Of a DNA stretch of 55,413 bases, positions 1 through 12,513 are shown piece after piece. The stretch is taken from NCBI GenBank assembly GCA_963575745.1, contig CAUYUJ010000162.1:62001-117413 (forward strand), written 5' to 3'. Positions within the stretch are counted from its first letter, which is position 1; every line of letters begins with the position of its first letter. Position numbers and translations under genes: made by a program. The notes below the pieces were generated by a model. The model was given only the letters and a program-made list of their open reading frames with translations. It had not been told where the DNA came from and did no database searches. Origin of the DNA: Prorocentrum cordatum (taxonomy: Eukaryota).

Positions 1-355
1 ATATGCTGCGCTGTGCTATGCTAAGCAATGCAATGCTATGCTATGCTATGCTGCATTGTGCTATGCTATGCTATGATATGCTGAGCTATGCTATGCTATG
101 CTATGCTATGCTATACTTGGCTATGCCATGCTATACTATACTGTGCTAATGCTGCGCTGCGCTATGCTGCGCTGCGCAGAGCTAAGCTAAGGTAAGCTAA
201 GCTATGCTACGCTAAGCGAAGCTAAGCTAGGCTAAGCTAAGCTAAGCCAAGCCAAGCCAAGCTAAGCCAAGCTAAGCTAAGCTGAGCTAAGCTAAGTCAA
301 GCTAATCTCAGCTAAGCTAAGCTGTGCTAGCTAATAAGCTAAGCTAAGCTAAGCT
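1..355. repeat. Pentamer satellites: (ATGCT)n grading into (GCTAA)n
   Basis: Degenerate ATGCT units to ~180, then GCTAA/GCCAA units to ~355. Confidence 0.95.
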
Positions 356-819
356 AGGCAAAGCGGGGGATCCTGGGGGAACCGCGGGGCGGGGACTGGG
401 GGAACCGTCCGGGGCGTTTTACACTGCCCGGCCCCTTTAAGCAAACAAAATAAGAACCCTCTAGGCATAGCCTAGGTAGGGAATCATCAATGACTGTTGT
501 TGTGATGGTTGTCCGATCGAATCTAGCGCGTGAGAGTGCTGAGGCTGCCAAGTTTACCTCGAGAGATCCGGGGCGCACCACGCACCACAACTGAGCTAAT
601 ATCATCATACATCCGTCGATCCTTCCCTCTCCCTCTTCCGCCTCACACAACACCTCCATTCATCATCATCATCCTCCCCCTCATTCTTCTCCGCGTCCTC
701 CTCCTCGTCTGCAACCCCTCACCAAACGGGGGGATATGGGGTGGCTGCCCCGACAGAGCCGCTCGGGGGCCAGGGCCTCCAAGCCCGGCGCCCCCGCCAT
801 GGGCGGGCTTGGGTCGCAG

Positions 820-965
820 GGGGCCGCCGTCGCCGTCGTCGCCGCCGTCGTCGCCGCCGTCGTCGCCGCCATCGTCGTGCCGTCGCCGCCGTCGTCGTTA
901 TTATCGTCGCCGTCGTCGCCGTCGCCGCCGTCGCCGTCGTCGTCGCCGCCATCGTGGTGCTCGTC
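820..965. repeat. (CGT/CGC)n trinucleotide microsatellite
   Basis: gccgccgtcgtc-type run, read directly. Confidence 0.9.
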
Positions 966-1308
966 GCTCGTCGAATGTTTTCGGATGTTCCCGGTGGCTT
1001 TCTGTCATTTTCGGAGGCTCTCGGAAGTCCCTGGTGCTCTCAGAGGCTCCCAAGGATTCCGCCGGGCGCGGGCGACCCCGCCTGCTCCGGCGCCCTCCGA
1101 GGGAAGAAGGAGGAGGGGGGGAGCATAAGGATGATTAGGGGGATGGGAAGGAGTCCGCCCGGCCACCGCAACTATCTTACATTAGACCTACACATGTCAC
1201 CCGAACCTCCAATGTCAAAGGAGCCAGGAGGGGGGGGGAGGAAAAGGAGGAGGAGGGAGGAGGAGGATTTAAATGTGAGCACAGATGATCCCTCGGTGGA
1301 TTACATGT

Positions 1309-2165
1309 ATTCGCCGGCCCAACGGGCCAGAGGCGTGCTAAGATCTCCGGTAACTGGTTAACAATTCTCTAGTTCGCGCGCGCGGGGCGGCCCCTGGGGG
1401 TCCCCGGACGAAAAGGGGCGATCCCCGACCGACCCCCGGGAGACTCCCCCGGAGCGCTCCAGGAGCGCTCCATGAGCGCACCAACAGGGCTCCGAGACGT
1501 CCCCGAGAGCCCCAAGAAAGGCCAAGAGGCCCCCAAGAGGCCCCCAAGATGGTACACGAGGGGTCCGACATGCCACAAGATCGCTCCAAGACGCCCAAGA
1601 TAGCCCCCAGACGCCCCAAGAGGCCTCCAAGAGCACTCCCAAGAGGGCCCCCGGAGGCAAAAATCATTGTTTTTCCTTAGGTTTTTGAGAGATTTTGGAG
1701 CTTCCACCTTTTCGGCTTCCCGACGCCCCAAGACGGCCCAAGAGGCCCCCAAGATCGCCCCAAGAGGGCCCAAGAGGCCCCCAAGAGGGCCCCAAGATGG
1801 CCCAAGAGGGCTCGAAGACGGCCCAAGAAGCCTCCAAGACGGTCCAAGAGGGCCCCAAGAATGCCCCCAAAGGGGCCCCAGAGAGGGAACACGAAACAAC
1901 ATTTCGAGCCCTCGGCCCTAAGAAGCCCCTACGAGGCCCCAAGAGGCCCCCAAGAGGCCCCAAGAGGCCCCCACGAGGGCCTCAGGAGGCCCCCAAGAGT
2001 CCCCCAAGCGGCCCCAGGAGGCCCCCCAAATGCCCCCCCGAGCGCCCCAGGAGTCCCCCAAGCGGCCCCAGGAACCCCCAAATCGCCGCATTGACACTAG
2101 GCCCTCGGGCAAACGGCAGACATGAGACTGTATGGGCCGGCGGAATGAGCGAAGCGATTAAATAA
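1309..2165 (+). mobile_element. Non-autonomous element with internal ~11-bp CCCCAAGAGGC-type tandem repeats and subterminal inverted repeats (possibly Helentron/HINE-like)
   Basis: ATTCGCCGGCCC (1309-1320) is nearly inverted at GGGCCGGCGGAAT (2134-2146), followed by a GC-GAA-GC mini-hairpin and an A-rich end. The same left end recurs at ~16841, and related CCCAAGA repeats at ~17530-17830. Confidence 0.55.
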
Positions 2166-2289
2166 ACCAAAAAGATAAATTCACATTCGAGAAACGTTGT
2201 TAGTGATGTGGGGATGCTAAGATGGCCGCGCGTGCGTCCCCGCCAATGAATCAGCTCCCTCAGCTCCGCCTAAGACCAACTGCAGCAGT

Positions 2290-2522
2290 CCAGCCCCAGC
2301 CCCGGCTCCACTTCCAGTCCCGGCCTCGGCCGGTCCGAGTCCCAGCCCCGGCCCTGGCCCTGGCCCCGGTCCCGGCCGGCCCGGGATCCCACCCCGCCGG
2401 CCCCGGACCTCGGCCCTGGCCCCGGCCGGCCCCAGCCCGGCCCCGGCCCCGGCCCCAGCCCCATAGTCCTAACCTCAGACCCGGCCCCGGCCCCGGCCTG
2501 GCCCTGGCTCCCGGCCCCAGCG
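2290..2522. repeat. (CCCGGC)n-type hexamer repeat
   Basis: Degenerate ccccgg/ccggcc run. Confidence 0.85.
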
Positions 2523-3306
2523 CCCTCCAAATCTAACTACACCTCCGTGGCCTCCCAGATGCCCAAGATGCCGAACCTAGCTTCAAAACAGCGAACGAAG
2601 CCTGGAAGTCGCCCCAGGAGGGCTCCAGTCATGATAGGCAACCGGCGTCGTCGTCAACATCGTCAACATCCTCGCCATTATCTCCCTCCTTCTCCTCATC
2701 ATGATCGCCACGCTCTACTCGCCCCTGTCCTTCCTTCGTGCCCCCCCCGCGACCCTGCTCGCCTCACTCTCCTCCTGTTCATTCCCCCCCTGTGCTCCTA
2801 CTCCTCCTCATCCACCTCTTCATCCTATCCTCCTCCTCATCTTCCTCCCCATGCTCCGCGCCCTCCTCCCCAACCTCAGGGTCGGCGGCACGGGCCGTTA
2901 GGCCTTCGCAATAAAAACATGTATCCAACACATGCCCAAACATACCCGAAGAACAGTCGACAAAGCGTCCCCGGACTATCTTCGGGCGATGCTGGACACT
3001 ATTCCTCCTGTATAGAGGGACACGCCCGACTTCGGAGTATAGCGCGCCGGCACTGACGTGCGCAGCGACTGGTGCCCTCAAGGTCTCCGATCCCCTGCCC
3101 ACATGCTCCTCTCCCGGAGGCCGCCAGCGTGGCCCCCTGCGCACGGGTGCGGGTGCTCCGGGAAGGGCTCCGAGTCTCGAGCCGCACCGCCGCTGCCTCG
3201 GCGACGCGCCCGCGTCGTCGGCGCTATGGCGAAGCTCGGGCTGCAGCCCGCGCGGCGGTGCGGCGCCGGCCTTTCTCCGCCCCCCGTCCTGCCCAAGGGG
3301 CCCCAT

Positions 3307-3436
3307 CTCGCCATCGCTCGGACGTCCATTTCCCGTGCATGGTTCGGTTTCGTGCGTGTTTTTTTTGCTCGATGGTCCAGGATGGTCCTCGATGGTTCTC
3401 GCCTGGAAAAAATGCACACGTCCGAGCGATGCCAAG
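3307..3436. mobile_element. MITE family B (~130 bp; TIR CT(T/C)GCC.TCGCTCGGACGT), 4-bp TSD
   Basis: Ends ctcgccatcgctcggacgt ... acgtccgagcgatgccaag, flanked by CCAT/CCAT. Other copies at 22887-23023, 27905-28129, 38802-38932 and 39046-39175. Confidence 0.85.
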
Positions 3437-3788
3437 CCATGTGTGACGGTGTACCTTCGGGGGGCCCCGGCCGCCCCGTCGCCCCCCGACCACAGGAGCT
3501 CGGCCACGAGCAGCCTTCCACGAGAGGCCCAACCCTGAGACCCCAGGACGCCCAGGGATGCTTGGTGCTCCTCCTCCTCCTCCTCCTCCTCCTCCTCCTC
3601 CTCCTCCTCCTCGTGCTCGTCCTCGTCCTCTTCCTCGTCCTCGTCCTCGTCCTCTACCTCCTCCTCTTCCTCCTCCTCCTCCTCCTCCTCCTCCTCCTCC
3701 TCCTCCTCCCCAATCTCGCCTCCTCGGCCTCTTCGAGACTCTAGGGCTCGGCGCGCCCAGAGGACCCGAAGAAAAAGGCGTGTCAAGC

Positions 3789-3848
3789 CTGGACCGAGTA
3801 CTGGCTCATGATCCGCTCCTCGTACACGAACATCGAGGCCTGGAAGAC
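3789..3848 (-). CDS. SLC35F6: SLC35F6-like (DMT/nucleotide-sugar transporter superfamily) internal exon: VFQASMFVYEERIMSQYSVQ
   Basis: AAG|G acceptor and CAG|GC donor, 60 bp, phase 0/0. Continues ...GIALCIVAQ from the 37245 exon and parallels the SLC35F6 segment recalled as AQIIVAIQMVLEEKF. An alternative GT donor lies 6 nt earlier. Confidence 0.75.
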
Positions 3849-4465
3849 CTTCGAGGAGGGGGGATGAGGGAGATATACCTCCTTCTCCGTGGCAACAGCC
3901 GCACCTGTGTCGATGCTGTCCCTGGAGGCTCGCACGCATGCCGTTCGCATCACGAACAAGTGAACAAACATCGGGCAACAGATCCGTCACCCCAGCCCAC
4001 AAGGGTGACGGCCGTGCTGCACTTTCCAGCGCCGTGCCGCCCAGGCCGAAGCAGTGGCCCCAAAGCACCGTCGTAGCACACCACCACATGGGGCGGCAAG
4101 TGCACGCGACGTGCGGCCATCACGAAGAAGGGGTCTACCATGTGGTGTGCAGGCGGCCACCAGGGACCGTGGCAGCAAGCCCAACCCTGACGACCCGCGT
4201 GAAGGAAGCAACCTGGGGGGAACCCAGCGCACCCTGAACGCAGCCGGCCTCTGCCACGGCGGCGGGAAGGCACCGCGCACCGCGCTCTGCCGAAACGCAT
4301 CTGGTGCTTGATGGGCGTCCCCGCTGCCAGCGAGGGGGAACGATAAGGGGGGCTGGCCCAGGGGGGGACGCCTTGACCTGGAAGGGGCGACGTGTCGCCG
4401 ACAGGTCGGCCATAGGCCACAGCTGGCAAGACCACATGTTCCTGGACGAAGCGGGCGATCGGGCA

Positions 4466-4485
4466 CCTCCTCCACCCCCTCCTCC

Positions 4486-4520
<35 letters not shown>

Positions 4521-4526
4521 CTCCTT

Positions 4527-4557
<31 letters not shown>

Positions 4558-5080
4558 CCCTGCTCCTCGTCATCCTCCTCCTCCTCCTCCTCCTGCTTTT
4601 CCTCCCCTCCTCCTCCCCCTTCTCCTCCTCGTGCTCGTGCTCGTCTCCTCCTCCTCCTCCTCGGCGACGAATTGGCGGTTTGGGGTCGATGCCCCCTCCC
4701 CCGAGCCCAGTCCCGCCCCCTGCAATTTTCGGGCCATCACTCCAGCCTGTGGGCACCCAGACCAGCGGAGCGCTCTCGCCGAGGCGCCGCTGCTGGAACC
4801 CTACCATGGCTGAGCCACCACCGAGGTCCAGCGAACACGCCAAGAAAAACCGCGAACCTCCGCACCCAAGCGTTGCCCCTGAGAGGACGGCGACCAGCGA
4901 TGGGACGAGGACGGGGAAAAGAGGAGGGAGAAAAGAGCCAGAAGGGAAAGGAGCGGGATGGCGAGGAGGAGGAAGAGGAGGAAGAGGAGGAGGAAGCGGA
5001 AGAGGAAGAGGAGGAGGAGGAAGAGGAGGAGGAGGACAAATATTACTCTGTCCCAAGGCTCGCGCAACTTAAGCAAAGCG

Positions 5081-5115
<35 letters not shown>

Positions 5116-5380
5116 GGAGGGGAAGGAAGAGGAGGATAATGAAGAGATGAAGGAGGAGGAGGAGGAAGAGGAACAGGATGGGAAGGAAGAGGGATGGGAA
5201 TGAAGGGAGGGCGGGAGGAGGAGGAAGAGGAGGAGAAGGAAGAGGAGGATGAAAAGGAGGAGGAGGAGGAGCAGGATGAGAAGGAAGAGGGAAGGGAATG
5301 GAGGAAAAGACGGAGGAGGAGGAGGAGGAGAAGGAGGAGGAGGAGGAGGAGGAGGGGAAGGAAGAGGAGGAGGAGGATCG
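4466..5380. repeat. (TCC)n / (GAG)n microsatellite blocks
   Basis: Long TCC and GAG runs. Similar blocks at ~3568-3710, 8280-8660, 12514-13450, 14400-14960, 15570-15820, 20680-21210, 30100-30230, 30970-31310, 36620-36740, 40950-41560 and 45700-46120. Confidence 0.95.
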
Positions 5381-5768
5381 CACGCCAGTGAGGGAGAGAA
5401 AAAGAGAGAGAGAGAAGTCCTACGGTTCAGCGAACACACCAGGTGGGGTCCGTCGGAGAGGACTGTGTTGTCACCCTGGCAGGAAGGCCAAAGACCTGCC
5501 AGGGGCCAAGACAGGACACCCCCTAGGAAAATTCACAACCGTCATGCTCGTCCTGGGGCATGTGTGCCCGCTCCTTTTGCTGAAGTCTGGTCCCCAGGCT
5601 ACGGGCTTCAACCTCGTTGAGACCATAAGCCTAGAGGCAGTCGGCCATGCAGAGATCCCGCCCAACTTGGCGACTCGGGGCAGCCACGCCCCGCTCTTCC
5701 CGTGGCTGGGGAAGAGGAGGAGGAGGAGCAGGATGAGAAGGAAGAGGGAAGGGAACGGAGGGAGAGAC

Positions 5769-5804
<36 letters not shown>

Positions 5805-6058
5805 GGAGGAGGAGGAGGAGGAAAAGGAGGAGGAGGAGGACGGGGACGGCGCGATCGGCGGCGGGGAGCCGGCGGGGCGAGCTGGCAGCCGGCGCCGCGG
5901 CAGCCACGGCCGGCGCGGGGAGCGGCGGGCGCTGGGCAGGCCGCGAGGGCCAGGCGGCGGCGAGGGCGCGGCGGTGAGGGCGCGCAGCGGCGGCGGCGCG
6001 AGGGCAGCGGCGAGGTCAGCGGGGGCGAGGGCGGCGAGGGTCAGGGCGGCGGCAAGGG

Positions 6059-6226
6059 TTAATTGGGTCGGACATGTCCTCCTGCGGGCGGGTTTTTGGA
6101 CGATGCAGAATGAGCGAACAGTCAGCAGATATTCGAACACATGGACAAATAATGGAGCAGTCGCCCCCAGACTTCTCATTGACCATGTTTGGATATTCCT
6201 CCTGTAGAGGGACGTGCCCGACGGAA
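6059..6226. mobile_element. MITE family A (TIR TTA(A/G)GTCGGGC.TGTCC...CTACAGG), 8-bp TSD
   Basis: Right end cctgtagagggacgtgcccgac. Flanks GGCAAGGG/GGCAAGAG. Confidence 0.75.
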
Positions 6227-8661
6227 GGCAAGAGGGCACGGGTATCAGTGCGCCCCCTCGCGCCGATTCCACCCGGAAAAGAGGGGCAGCCGCTTGGGCC
6301 AGAGGCCGCGGTGCGCGAGGAGATTCGCGCCCCCGCGAAAGGCCTGCGCGTCGGCCGGAAGAAGTATACAACAACACGGAGTAGGATTAACCAACCACCA
6401 GCGATAATAATGACTGGGGAGAAGAAACTTCGGGGGTCGAACGGGGATAGTAATGGATTGTCGCGGGGAAGGTAAGTTATGATGCTTAGCGGGGAGTGGA
6501 CGCTCAGCGCGTTTGATGCTGTTGCCAGTCAAAATGAGATGATAACAACTTCGATTCGCAACTTCCCAAGTGGATTATAAAGTTCGGCCTCCGCGCCCAT
6601 CTCCACAATAAAACCCTGTTGAACGGAGGTGAAAAAAATAGAGGGGGGTAAGGGGGGTAGGCTTTATCATCGCCCGTGGTGGGTTATGTTGCTCACAGCA
6701 TACTTAAGGACCTCATCCCAGCAATCATTTCGAGCACCAAGACAAGTATCGAAACAATGTCGAACAAATACCGCTTCCCAGGGCCCGACACATGCCCCCC
6801 CCCCAAGTTTCGGTTCTCGAACTTCTTTCTGGTGTTCAGGGCGAAAGTCGGATTGGGCTCAGGCCCTCCCAGAAAATAACAAGACACTGCAAAAGCGAAT
6901 CGGTTCTTGGAGTAGTAAGGCGCTCGAAGTAGATTGGGCTCTGGGAGCCCAGAAACATATACTTTCAACGACTGACGTGTGGTCAGCGGGGGGCACCAAT
7001 ATGGGAACAAGACCAGGATGCCAAACAAACGCGGCATATACACAATCTCGAGGGTCTTCACAACACACCTGCTGATGGCAAACCACCCTAACTCTGGAGT
7101 GGTGCTAGAAAAGAGCTCTAAGACGCGCTGGGCATCAGGCTACCGAGCGGGAAACAGAGCGTTCAAAATGAGGGACGATGAATGCCCTCGCTTTGTGAAA
7201 AAAGCTAGATGGAGCCGCTACGAAACATGCGAGATGCCCAGTGCGGCCGAAACGGCTGGCACTGGACACAGGCAACACAGGCGCTGCCAGGCCCGCGTGG
7301 CGTTGCCCTCGAACGGGAAACTGGACCGTGCCAGCGCGTTGGACCCGCGCGTATGGCGGGAGCGTGGGGAGCGGGTTGGGGCGGGGAGCCATTTGAGGTG
7401 CTGGCGGAGGCCGGGGCCTCCAGAGCGACCACCGACGCGCCCTCCACCCGGGGCCACAAGGGCGAGTGGAGAGACCCGCAGCGGCCTTCACCCACGGGGC
7501 CCGCGGCGCCCGGGGCGAACGAAACCACTGCGAGCTGCGCCGGCGGCCACTCCAGAGAGCTCAGCCCGCCGCGCAGCGGCCTCCAGGCCGCCCGGACACC
7601 CCCAGAGCCCGGCGTGGCGCTGCCATATGCCTGGGGGGCAGCTGAATTAGAAACTGTTCAAGCATTTGGAGCAGAGCGGGAGCGCCTGCTCATCCCCCCA
7701 TCTTGGGGTCACCGCTTTCGACCACTAGGTTTGCCTCGCCCGGGAAAAGGGCGACCCGACGCGCCCGAGCTCACGCCATGAAGGGGAGCAGGAGGGTGTG
7801 GTCTTCCGCGTCGAGGGTCTTCACAACGATTCCTTGGATCTGCGCTGGGTCCCCCCACTGGCAGCGCATCTGGCGCCGCCCCTGGCATCCAAGACCCCGC
7901 ACCAACCCCCGAACGACCCCCCCGTGACTGAATCGGAGATCCCCCGCCTGCTCACTCTTTCCCGCCCTTCTACCACCTCCTACTCCTCCTCCAGAGGCAA
8001 CCAACATGTACCGAAACCGCTTCTTCCCAGACCTGTCATGGTGTGCTTTCTGATCCGAATTTCGAAGCGAATCCATCGGTAGCGACAAGAGCCTCCCCAA
8101 AGGCCCGAAACGACGAAAACGACGGCAATGTAGGGGTATCATAACCATTTCCTCCTACTCCTCCTGCCCTCCCAGAATGAGGAGAGGGGGGACGGCAGGG
8201 TAGGGGTATCAGAACCCTTTCCTTCTACTCCTCCTGCCCTCCCAGAAGGACGAGGAAGGGGGAGATGATGACGGAGAGAGGGAGGAGGAGGAGGAGGAGG
8301 AGGAGGAGGAGGAGGAGGAGGAGGAGGAGGAGGAGGAGGAGGGGAGGAGGAGGAGGAGGAGGAGGAGGAGGAGGAGGAGGAGGAGGAGGAGGGTGAGGGG
8401 GAGGAGGAGGAGAACGAGGAGGAGGAGGAGGAGGAAGTAGAGGAGGAGGAGGAGGAGGAGGAGGAGGAGGAGGAGGAAGGTTACGGAGAAGGAGGAGGAG
8501 GAGGCGGAAGAGGAGGAGGAGGCGGAAGAGGAGGAGCAGGAGGAAGAGAAGGAGGAGGCGGAGGAGGGGAAGAGGAGGAGGACGAGCAGGGGGAGGAAAA
8601 CGAGGAGGAAGGCTACGGAGAAGGAGGGGGAGGAAGAGGAGTAGGAGGGGAGAAGGAGGAG

Positions 8662-11600
8662 CATTGAGCATTGAGATCCCCATTGCGAGTGCAAGAAATG
8701 TGTTCTTACAGCTGCTCATCCTCCAGTGGTCGCCTCTGGCCGGCGGCGCCGAGGGACTTAGGAGGCAAACCTGCTGCAATACGATTGAGATATTCCCGGC
8801 CTGTACGGGCGGGGCGGGTTGCTTATCAGCAATGGCCCCGCACGAACCGCAGAACCAGATACGGAGAACAGAATGGAAGTTCAGGAAATGGGAAGGGTGT
8901 AGCCAGACCCCCCGCAACATGGATCCGACCACCGACAAGTGGGGAGAACAAAGTGCCGTCGACATTGACTAGATCAAAGCACCTCGCAGCCTGCCACTCC
9001 TGGGCGGTGGAGGCAGACGCAGAACCAAAACACCTGAGACACTTACGTTGGCACTCCGTGAGCCTATGAGCCGCAGCAGCAGCAGCAGCAGCAGCGGGGC
9101 GGGGCGGGATCGGGGGAGGAGGGGTTTCCCCCTCACTTGTCCTATCCTTGGCTTCCACGGCTTTATCTTGCTCGGCTTTAAAGACATCGAGAGTGGCCCG
9201 AAGCAGTCTCATACGCACGAGCATAGCACGGTGCTCCTGCAAACGGACTTCCTGACACATAGACACAGGAATGCGGGCGACCTGAGCCGCGGCGTCAGCC
9301 AGACTATCTGCAACCGTGTTCGCAACAACAAGGGCACTGCGAGATTTGCCCGCAACAATGTCATGTTCAGACTGATGGATCACGAATACGGGCCCACAGG
9401 TCGGCGTCGGGACCAGTGGGCTGTTCAAACTCGCGGGTATACCATCCCGCGGCAAGTGACTCAACTCAATAATATACAATAAAATAGTGTACTGTAATGC
9501 TAGGAGGAATGCACGAATCTCCCCCCTGGCAACAACCTGTCGGCCCCCACTGATGGGGCCCCAAGATAGACGCCCTAAGGGACAACGGGGCCAGAGAGAT
9601 AAAGCAGGCTATCGCAAGCCCTGCGCGTCGGGGCCTGGGCCATGTGGACTCAGGCCCCCCCCAGACGCGCCCCCCGCAACTAAAATGGGCTCACTCGAGG
9701 CCCCCTCGCCCAAGCAGCCCTCAGACAACCCGTCGAGCCCCTGGAGGTGCCACCGGTCCACGCGAGGAGCCTCGGGAACTTGCGTCCACCGTTGGGACAA
9801 GAGACCTCTAAGCCAAAACCCTTCATCACTCTCACAGTGGGCAACGGCGGCTGGACCCAAGTGGGCCCTAGCCTCACATGCTGGTGATCCCTCATTCTTC
9901 TCGCGCTCCCAGTATCGGTGCAGCAGCGTCTCGGGCGCCACGCCGCACCGGTCGCAGCAGAGGTCGCCCGCGCATCGCGCAAGCTGCTGCTGCTTGCGCT
10001 CCTTGGGCCAGCACCCTCCCGACGCAACTGCTGCCACCGTGCTCGCAAGCTGGTGGCCGTGTGGCGTATTCTCGAGCTGCTGGATGAGGCGCTGGTGCGA
10101 ATCCATGTCCACTCCCCGCCCCAGGCCTCCACCTCCGTAGCGGTTGCAAGCAGAGGCCCGGCGGGCACGTGTGAACGAGGCCTCCAAATCTCGCAGTAAG
10201 TTGTCATGGACGTCGCGGTGTCGATCCCCCGTGTAGGACTCGTCGGGGAACTCCCACTGCTCAACTCCACCATCGCCCGCGGCATAACTCCAATTGCGTG
10301 GGATGGTGTGGGCCCCAGCCTGCCCTCATAAGTGCGAGGATTACCGCTGCCTGGGGACCCCGCACGTGGCGGGCTTGGTCCGCAGCTGGGAGCTCATGCA
10401 TCTTGGCATAGATATTCGGCCACACCGCGGTAATGCCTCGTCGTATATCAGGGTTGCCTCTCCACGTGCGAAGCCAGAGGTCTACCAGCTGCACTGGGAG
10501 TCGGATCGCGGGATCACGACGCGGAGACTGCAGGTCCAGCGCCGTGGTCAAGCATCGCCCGCGGTTCTGTGCTGAGCATGCTTGAACCAGGCGTCGTCTT
10601 ACCAACTGGAGGTGACGACCAAATGCCCCGTGAATAGTATGTCCGTAAAGTCCAGCAGGTAGGCCCCCTTGCATCTGCAGCTTGGCCATCGCATTGTATT
10701 ACCTGGAAGCGCGAGTGAACCGTCTTACCATCACCGACGTCGTCACATGCTTCTGTTCCCGCAGGCGTCGTGTGCTGCGAGCGTGGCAACCGCGCCCGAA
10801 ATCCACTCCAAGGTAGGCGGCCTGCGGGACTCCACACACAACATCGCCCCTACACATGACCGCGCGAACAATGGCCTTAGTGTCCGCCATCTTCGTCTTC
10901 ATGACAATCGCCTTGGGTGAGACTTTTTAGGCCTCTGGCCTCCAGCAACCGGCAGGTGTGCACGACGCAATCGGTGATATGGCGCACAATGGCCTTGCTG
11001 GGTCCAGTCATACTTTGAGATAGGTCGTCCACCCACAGCCTGTGTCCAAGGCGAGGATGTGCAACAGTAATCTTCATCATCGCAACATGCGTGAGCACCT
11101 TCGCAAATCTTGTGCCGCTTCGAAGCCCCTGTACCACCGAGCGAGACGGCTCGAAGGTCATGGTGACCGTACCTGATTGCTCCAGCGCTCTAGGCGATAT
11201 GCATTGGGCCAGCTCGAGGTACAGCACAACTGCAGGAAACTCGAGTCTTAAGGCCGCCTGAACCAATGCTGTCCATGGTATCGTACCATAAAATGCTTCA
11301 TTATCTAACATCACATGGCCATGTGGCATGGGTGCAGGCGTGGGCCACTTTTTCATCCACCGCACGTAGGAAGGCCTCCTGGAGGCAAGAGTTGCCTCTG
11401 ATCGCAACGTCCCAGTCCGTGTGATGGTACTGGGCCCACTCCTGCACGTGGGACTCGCGTGTCAAAGACCAGACCCGTCCCAACATCGATATCATACCAA
11501 TGGCCCTGTCAGCTCCACTCTTCTTGGGGGTGAGTGTCCCCAAGATAAGTTGAGTCTGAATCGGCCACGTCAACGTATACTCGATCGCCGAGAGAAAGAG

Positions 11601-12513
11601 GGCCACTTCTTGCTGTTCCTCCTGTGGAAGTCGCTGGAAGTCAACTGGTGTAAATGCGTCAGCACTTAGGCCTGGGGAGGCTTTCATCTTGGCACATGCT
11701 GCGTCAACCATGTCGGGTGAGATGTCAGGAAGAAGATTATCCGTAGCAACCGACTGGATCTGCCAGAATAAATCACGATGCATGTCAAGATCAGGTTGCA
11801 CAGGGGCCCACGGAGCCTTGAAAGGCAGCACCTTCTCATCCATGATGTCACGAGGATGGAAAGCAGCCCTCTGTGGAGTAACATGTTCAACACCTGGGGG
11901 CGTCTTGGGCTTGAGAAGCCTGTGCAATATTTCGTTGGCTGTGGGTTCCTCTACCCACTTCTGAAAATCTCGAATCGAATTGGCATTCGCTTGTCTCTGG
12001 GTGCGCTCGGCCACCCGTCTGGCACATCTCTCCCAAGTCTCCAATACCACCACAGGTGCTTCAGCCCCTGGTGCCAGCAGATCGTGCCAGCACTGCCAGG
12101 GAGGATCTTTGTTGGGTCTCAGCACCTGGTGGGCCTGCTCTGGTACTTCACGAAGTAATGTGTGACAAGCTTTGCGATAACCTGCTAGTTGGACATGTCC
12201 ATTATCCCGTTGAACATGGCGGAGAATTCCCGCCAGCACAGTAAGTAAGCGTGTCTACCATTGGGCTCGGACGTCGTGCAAGCGCATCTGGCGCTTGTGC
12301 GTAACCACATGCACCGGCCGTTCACGGAGCTGGGGGCCGTACGCCCTCCTTGTGCCAGTCAGCTCCTCGCCATGGTGTCTGCTGATAGCACTCTCAATGG
12401 TGGAAGCGAGGCGGGCATACATACCTGATCTTGTGGCGGAGTAAGTTTTTTTGAGCCTAAACACAATGGAAGACAGCAGAGGAGGATGGACATATTGTAA
12501 ACAAGTGGCCCCA
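8662..12513 (-). mobile_element. Decayed, 5'-truncated non-LTR retrotransposon (LINE): RT, CCHC knuckle, RNase H and C-terminal Zn-finger motifs
   Basis: Fragmented minus-strand ORFs carry RT motifs (LDNEAFYGTIPW, SVVQGLRSG, LWVDDLSQ, YLGVDF), a knuckle CDRCGVAPETLLHRYW, an RNase H end (VANTVADSLADAAA) and WFCGSCGA. Several stops and frameshifts. Confidence 0.9.
10877..11407 (-). pseudogene. Reverse transcriptase core of the LINE
   Basis: QG motif and YADD-equivalent WVDD. Frameshifted from both flanking ORF segments. Confidence 0.9.

Noticed and set aside
3745..3867. Apparent plus-strand terminal exon (GSARPEDPKKKACQAWTEYWLMIRSSYTNIEAWKTFEEGG*)
   Set aside because: It is the antisense shadow of the minus-strand transporter exon, which fits the family motif and the splice phase.
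3980..4445. Possible fourth LINE 3' remnant on the minus strand (Cys/His-rich fragments)
   Set aside because: The motifs are too degenerate to support a call. If real, its upstream flank would be GAG on the sense strand and would count against the TCC-orientation hypothesis.
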